From contig CBFGIT010000053.1 of assembly GCA_965648905.1 (NCBI GenBank), positions 1 to 10,553 on the forward strand: 10,553 bases of DNA, given 5' to 3'. Positions 7,113 to 10,553 of the stretch are shown here, one piece after another (position 1 is the first letter of the stretch; each line of letters opens with the position of its first letter). Under the pieces are notes generated by a model that was not told the DNA's origin, ran no database searches, and was given only the letters and a program-made list of their open reading frames with translations. The DNA comes from a candidate division WOR-3 bacterium. Lineage in GTDB: Bacteria; Hydrothermota; Tepidihabitantia; Tepidihabitantales; Tepidihabitantaceae. Both the position numbers and the translations under genes were made by a program.

Positions 7113-8891
7113 TTAGACGGCCGCCACGCTCGCCAGCTCGCGCACGAGCTCACGCAGTCGTCCGGATCCGATTGGCTCAGCCGAGAGCCAGGGCACCAAC
7201 GCCGCGCGTTTCGCCAACTCGTCCACTACCTTCTTGATCTGCGGCAGTTCGGCCTGAGCCCGCGCCGCCGGCAGCGGGTCGCTAGGGTTTCGGACGGCGA
7301 GCGACGAGTTGATTACCCAAGCCCAGGGTTCGATTCCTGCCCGCCGCAGGTCGGCCTGCAGCGCGGCGGCTTCGAGTACCGGGGTCGTCTCGGCGAGCGT
7401 GACAATCAGTATCTTCGTCTGCTTCGGGTCCTGCAGGCGCATCAGCGGCGTCACGAGGTTCATTCCTTCCCGGGCGTGGCGCATTATCTCGTGGTGGTAG
7501 GCGCCGGTGGCGTCGAGGAGCAGTAGTGTATGCCCGGTAGGCGCCGTGTCCACCACGACGAACTTCCGGCGCGACTCGCTGATGGCGCGCGAGAACGCCT
7601 GGAAGACGGCTATTTCCTCCGTGCAGGGCGAGCGCAGGTCCTCCTCAAGCAGGGCGCGCCCCTCGGCGTCGAGGTCCTTGCCCTTGGTCTCGAGCACGTG
7701 CTGCCGATACCGCTCGGTTTCCACTCGCGGGTCGACGCGGCTGACCTGTAGGTTCTCGACGTTTGACTCCACCGTGACGGCGAGGTGCGCGGCCGGGTCC
7801 GTCGTCGTCAGGTGCACCTTGTGCCCGCGGGCAGCCAGCTCGACCGCGACCGCCGCGGCAATCGTCGTCTTGCCCACGCCGCCCTTGCCCATCACCATAA
7901 CCAGGCCATGGTCGTCGGCCGCAATCTCATCGACCAGTTGGCCGAACGACTTGGCCAGGGTTTGCGCCGACAAGGCCGGCACAGCCGCCGGCTGCGGGTT
8001 GGGGGTTGAGGGAGCGAGCAGCTCTCGCAATGCTCGGATGCCGACCATGTCCATCGGCTTGAGCGGCACTCGGTCGGTGGGAAGCTCCCTCAATACCTCG
8101 GGCAGGTGCGCCAGGGCTTCCCGGTCACGGCTTGCCAAAGCCTCGGCAACCGGGTCATCGCTCATCATGTCGGGCATCAATCCGTTGATGATAAGGCGCT
8201 GGTTGGTCAGGCCGAGCGCAGATAGTTCGCCCTTGGTACACGCGGCTTCATTGAGCGCCGACACCTGCGGTCGACTGACCAGTACTACCGTCGTGCGTGC
8301 GCCGTCGCCGAAGGCCTCTATGACCGCGGTATACTGCCGGCGCTGCTTGTCCAATCCGGCCAGCGGGCCGAGGCAGGACGAATCGCTCCCGCTCGTATTC
8401 AGGAAGTTGGACCAGGCGCTGGGCAGCTTCAACAGGCGCAGAGTGTGACCGGTCGGCGCGGTGTCGAAGACGATGTGGCCGAAGCGGCCGATCCTCGACT
8501 CATCGGTCAGGAGCGCCGTGAACTCGTCGAAGGCGGCGATTTCCGTGGTGCAGGCACCGGAGAGCTGCTCCTCCATCTGCCGTACTGCCTGCTCGGGCAG
8601 GACGCCGCGCGCGGGTCCGACGAGTCGGTCCCGGTACGCCTTTGCCGCCGCCTCCGGGTCGATGTCGAGCGCCCAGAGGTTCGGCACGCCCGCAACCGGC
8701 GTCGGGTCATGGTCGCCGATGCTTGCGCCGAACACCTGCCCCAGGTTTGAGGCCGGGTCGGTGCTGACCAGTAGAATCTGCTGTCCCTTATCAGCCAGAT
8801 GGATGGCCGTGGCACAGGCCAGCGAAGTCTTACCGACTCCGCCTTTCCCGGTGAAGAACATGTAGCGGGTCGGCTGCTCATACCACCTCAT
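7113..8891 (-). CDS. arsA: arsenical pump-driving ATPase ArsA
   Basis: Two GKGGVGKT P-loops, two DTAPTGHT motifs, and three metalloid-binding Cys contexts (SGACTTE, SCLGPL, RSPCTEE). Start moved to the ATG at 8891 (592 aa), which removes the overlap with arsD. Confidence 0.96.
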   Translation of the reverse strand: MRWYEQPTRYMFFTGKGGVGKTSLACATAIHLADKGQQILLVSTDPASNLGQVFGASIGDHDPTPVAGVPNLWALDIDPEAAAKAYRDRLVGPARGVLPEQAVRQMEEQLSGACTTEIAAFDEFTALLTDESRIGRFGHIVFDTAPTGHTLRLLKLPSAWSNFLNTSGSDSSCLGPLAGLDKQRRQYTAVIEAFGDGARTTVVLVSRPQVSALNEAACTKGELSALGLTNQRLIINGLMPDMMSDDPVAEALASRDREALAHLPEVLRELPTDRVPLKPMDMVGIRALRELLAPSTPNPQPAAVPALSAQTLAKSFGQLVDEIAADDHGLVMVMGKGGVGKTTIAAAVAVELAARGHKVHLTTTDPAAHLAVTVESNVENLQVSRVDPRVETERYRQHVLETKGKDLDAEGRALLEEDLRSPCTEEIAVFQAFSRAISESRRKFVVVDTAPTGHTLLLLDATGAYHHEIMRHAREGMNLVTPLMRLQDPKQTKILIVTLAETTPVLEAAALQADLRRAGIEPWAWVINSSLAVRNPSDPLPAARAQAELPQIKKVVDELAKRAALVPWLSAEPIGSGRLRELVRELASVAAV

Positions 8892-8907
8892 CAAGACACG
8901 ATTCTCT

Positions 8908-9534
8908 CTATCCTGAACACGAGCAGTTCTCGCCACAGCCCGAGCCGGATGGACTTGCGTTCGGGACCAGGTAGCGTTGAGCAAGGCGCACCATGGCCTG
9001 GGCCGGGGCGTCCTTGACCTGCAGCGCGACGTTTACCGCTGTGATCATGTCCTCGTTCGATGCCCCGAGCTTCCGGGCTTGGTCGTAATGATGCCTGAAG
9101 CAGGGCTCGCAGTTGCTGGCGATTGAAGCACCGATGGCAATCAACTCGGCCACGGCCGGCGTCACGAGTCCTTTGTACGGTTCCTCGGGCACTTCCTCTG
9201 CCGGTTCACTCTCAGCCAGGCCCAACCAGCCCGCCAGTTCGCTCCGGTCCGGGTATGCGCCATGTTGCATCACCCTGCCACCTACAGTGATGACAGGCAG
9301 GCCGTTTCCGTTGTTCTCGTTCATCAAGCGCTTGACCTCGGGGTTCTGGGCGAAGACCAGCGGCTCCTGAGCCAGGTTGTGTCGGCGTACTTCCACCCCT
9401 TTGCGGCGAAGCCAGGCGAGGTCGGCCGAGAACCGGACCTGCTGCGGGTCGGGGTCGGGTCCGCATGCTCCGCTGGGGCAGCACAGCGGCGGGTCGTAGA
9501 CCTCGACTACGGACCTGGTTGAACTCTCAGCCAT
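8908..9534 (-). CDS. arsD: ArsD arsenic metallochaperone fused to an AhpD/carboxymuconolactone-decarboxylase-like domain
   Basis: aa 1-106 are ArsD-like: YDPPLCCPSGACG, RHNLAQEP, GLP, GAYPDRSELAGW. After an acidic linker, aa ~123-190 contain ELIAIGASIASNCEPCFRHH...ARKLGAS, typical of CMD/AhpD. Tail GCGENCSCSG. Confidence 0.88.
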   Translation of the reverse strand: MAESSTRSVVEVYDPPLCCPSGACGPDPDPQQVRFSADLAWLRRKGVEVRRHNLAQEPLVFAQNPEVKRLMNENNGNGLPVITVGGRVMQHGAYPDRSELAGWLGLAESEPAEEVPEEPYKGLVTPAVAELIAIGASIASNCEPCFRHHYDQARKLGASNEDMITAVNVALQVKDAPAQAMVRLAQRYLVPNASPSGSGCGENCSCSG

Positions 9535-9932
9535 TATCTTCCTTTTTCATTACAGCACAGTGTCTTCAACTGCTTCAAAGCGGCCGCCATCGACTTGTCA
9601 GCCGACAGGTAGTCACGGAAGCAGTCCCATAAGCACTCCTCGATGTGATTCCTCGGTTGCGCCAGCCTGTAGTGCATCCACGTCCCGTCGCGGCGCACTT
9701 CGACGACGCCGGCGGAGCGCATGACCGCGAGATGGCGGGATATCTTGTACTCCGGCTCGGCCAGAGCCTCAGCCAACGTGCAGACGCACGTCTCTCCATT
9801 ACGCGAGAGGGCAACGGCGAGCCGCAGGCGCGTCTGGTCGGACAGGGCTCTGAGCAGGGCCGCTTCCTCGACCAAGCCGTTCGTTCCCGCGGCGGGGATT
9901 CGGCTCTGTTTAGTATCTGCGTTTCTGCGCAT
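9534..9932 (-). CDS. arsR: ArsR/SmtB-family As(III)-responsive repressor
   Basis: LRALSDQTRLRL, ETCVCTL (the ELCVCDL metal box), ISRHLAVMR, RRDGTWMHYRL, C-terminal CC. Start moved to the ATG at 9932 because the promoter lies inside the longer ORF. TAATG coupling to arsD. Confidence 0.92.
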   Translation of the reverse strand: MRRNADTKQSRIPAAGTNGLVEEAALLRALSDQTRLRLAVALSRNGETCVCTLAEALAEPEYKISRHLAVMRSAGVVEVRRDGTWMHYRLAQPRNHIEECLWDCFRDYLSADKSMAAALKQLKTLCCNEKGR

Positions 9933-9944
9933 GGACGCATATAT
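9921..9944. promoter_or_regulatory. candidate ArsR operator (imperfect inverted repeat over the start codon)
   Basis: On the - strand TATATGCG-TCCATG-CGCAGAAA, with core TGCG-N6-CGCA and 6/8 arm symmetry. It overlaps the predicted transcription start. Confidence 0.45.
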
Positions 9945-9970
9945 AATACGAGTTCCGGACTCCCTGTCAA
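9943..9970 (-). promoter_or_regulatory. sigma70-type promoter of the ars operon
   Basis: Perfect TTGACA (9970-9965), 16 nt spacer, TATTAT (9948-9943), in an AT-rich patch 10 nt upstream of the arsR ATG. Confidence 0.75.
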
Positions 9971-10052
9971 GAAACATCTCTCGAACGGCGGTTGCCTTTG
10001 GCGTGAAGGTATGCTACATCAGGCGTGTGGCAAGAGCACCGTCAGGCGGGCG

Positions 10053-10535
10053 TCACGACACGAACAGGTTAACCTTCGCTTCCCTGGCCGCGGCGGCGTA
10101 CTCGTTCAGACAGACCACCTTCTTGATGGTCGGTATCAGGTCGTCCTTGTCCACGCCGGTGACGTCCATGGTCATGCTGCAGGCCCACAGGCGAACGCCG
10201 GCCTTGTGGACGATGTCCAACATTTCTCCGGTCGGCGGCACGCCATGCTGGCTCATCATGCCGGTCATCATCTTCCGGCCCATGCCGAGCCAGTTGAAGC
10301 GCGACAGGGGCAGTCGCGACACGCCGCCGCGGTTCATCATGCCCATCATCTTCTGGACGAACCCCTTGCCGCCGCGCAGCCGTCCCTTGTCCTTCTTCAC
10401 TACATTCAGACCCCAGCAGGCGAAGAACACGGTCACGTCCATGCCGGCCTCAGCGAAGCTCTTGGCCAAGAGCAGCGACTTGTGGGCCTTGTCCATATTG
10501 CCGCTGAACAGGAAGATTACGGCCTTGTCCTGCAT
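10053..10535 (-). CDS. DsrE/DsrF/DrsH-like (DsrE2-type) putative sulfur carrier / sulfurtransferase
   Basis: GMDVTVFFACWGL, LPLSRFNWLGMG, ACSMTMDVTGV (conserved Cys), C-terminal NLFV. AGGAG RBS. Confidence 0.87.
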   Translation of the reverse strand: MQDKAVIFLFSGNMDKAHKSLLLAKSFAEAGMDVTVFFACWGLNVVKKDKGRLRGGKGFVQKMMGMMNRGGVSRLPLSRFNWLGMGRKMMTGMMSQHGVPPTGEMLDIVHKAGVRLWACSMTMDVTGVDKDDLIPTIKKVVCLNEYAAAAREAKVNLFVS

Positions 10536-10553
10536 TGTGATGTCTCCTGTTGG

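Noticed and set aside
8892..8984. N-terminal extension of ArsA in the ORF track
   Set aside because: It overlaps the arsD fusion by 77 nt, and ArsA similarity begins at MRWYEQPTRYMFFTGKGG.
9933..9977. N-terminal extension of ArsR in the ORF track
   Set aside because: It spans the TTGACA/TATTAT promoter, so it is unlikely to be translated.
9992..10020. Possible + strand promoter TTGCCT-N17-TACATC
   Set aside because: The -10 match is poor and there is no + strand gene downstream in the window.

Overview
GC-rich bacterial window. A + strand HEPN/MNT toxin-antitoxin pair (mntA-hepT type, 327-943) converges on a tightly coupled - strand arsenic-resistance operon. In transcription order the operon is: arsR, an arsD fused to an AhpD/CMD-like domain, arsA, an FmdB-type Zn-ribbon protein, a tandem thioredoxin-like lipoprotein with a Cys/Gly tail, a MacB/FtsX-type ABC permease and ATPase, a redoxin lipoprotein, acr3 and a tandem USP. 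A DsrE-family gene lies upstream in the same orientation. Main points: (1) an extracytoplasmic Cys-rich ABC/lipoprotein module sits inside the ars operon, which has no arsC in this window; (2) the redoxin ends in G-TGA-GGA-AGG-TAG followed by a SECIS-like hairpin, so it may be a selenoprotein; (3) the intergenic spaces hold diverged fragments of the ATPase, acr3 (twice) and possibly the redoxin, consistent with duplication or recombination followed by reciprocal gene loss. All family assignments come from motif recognition by eye, with no database searches.
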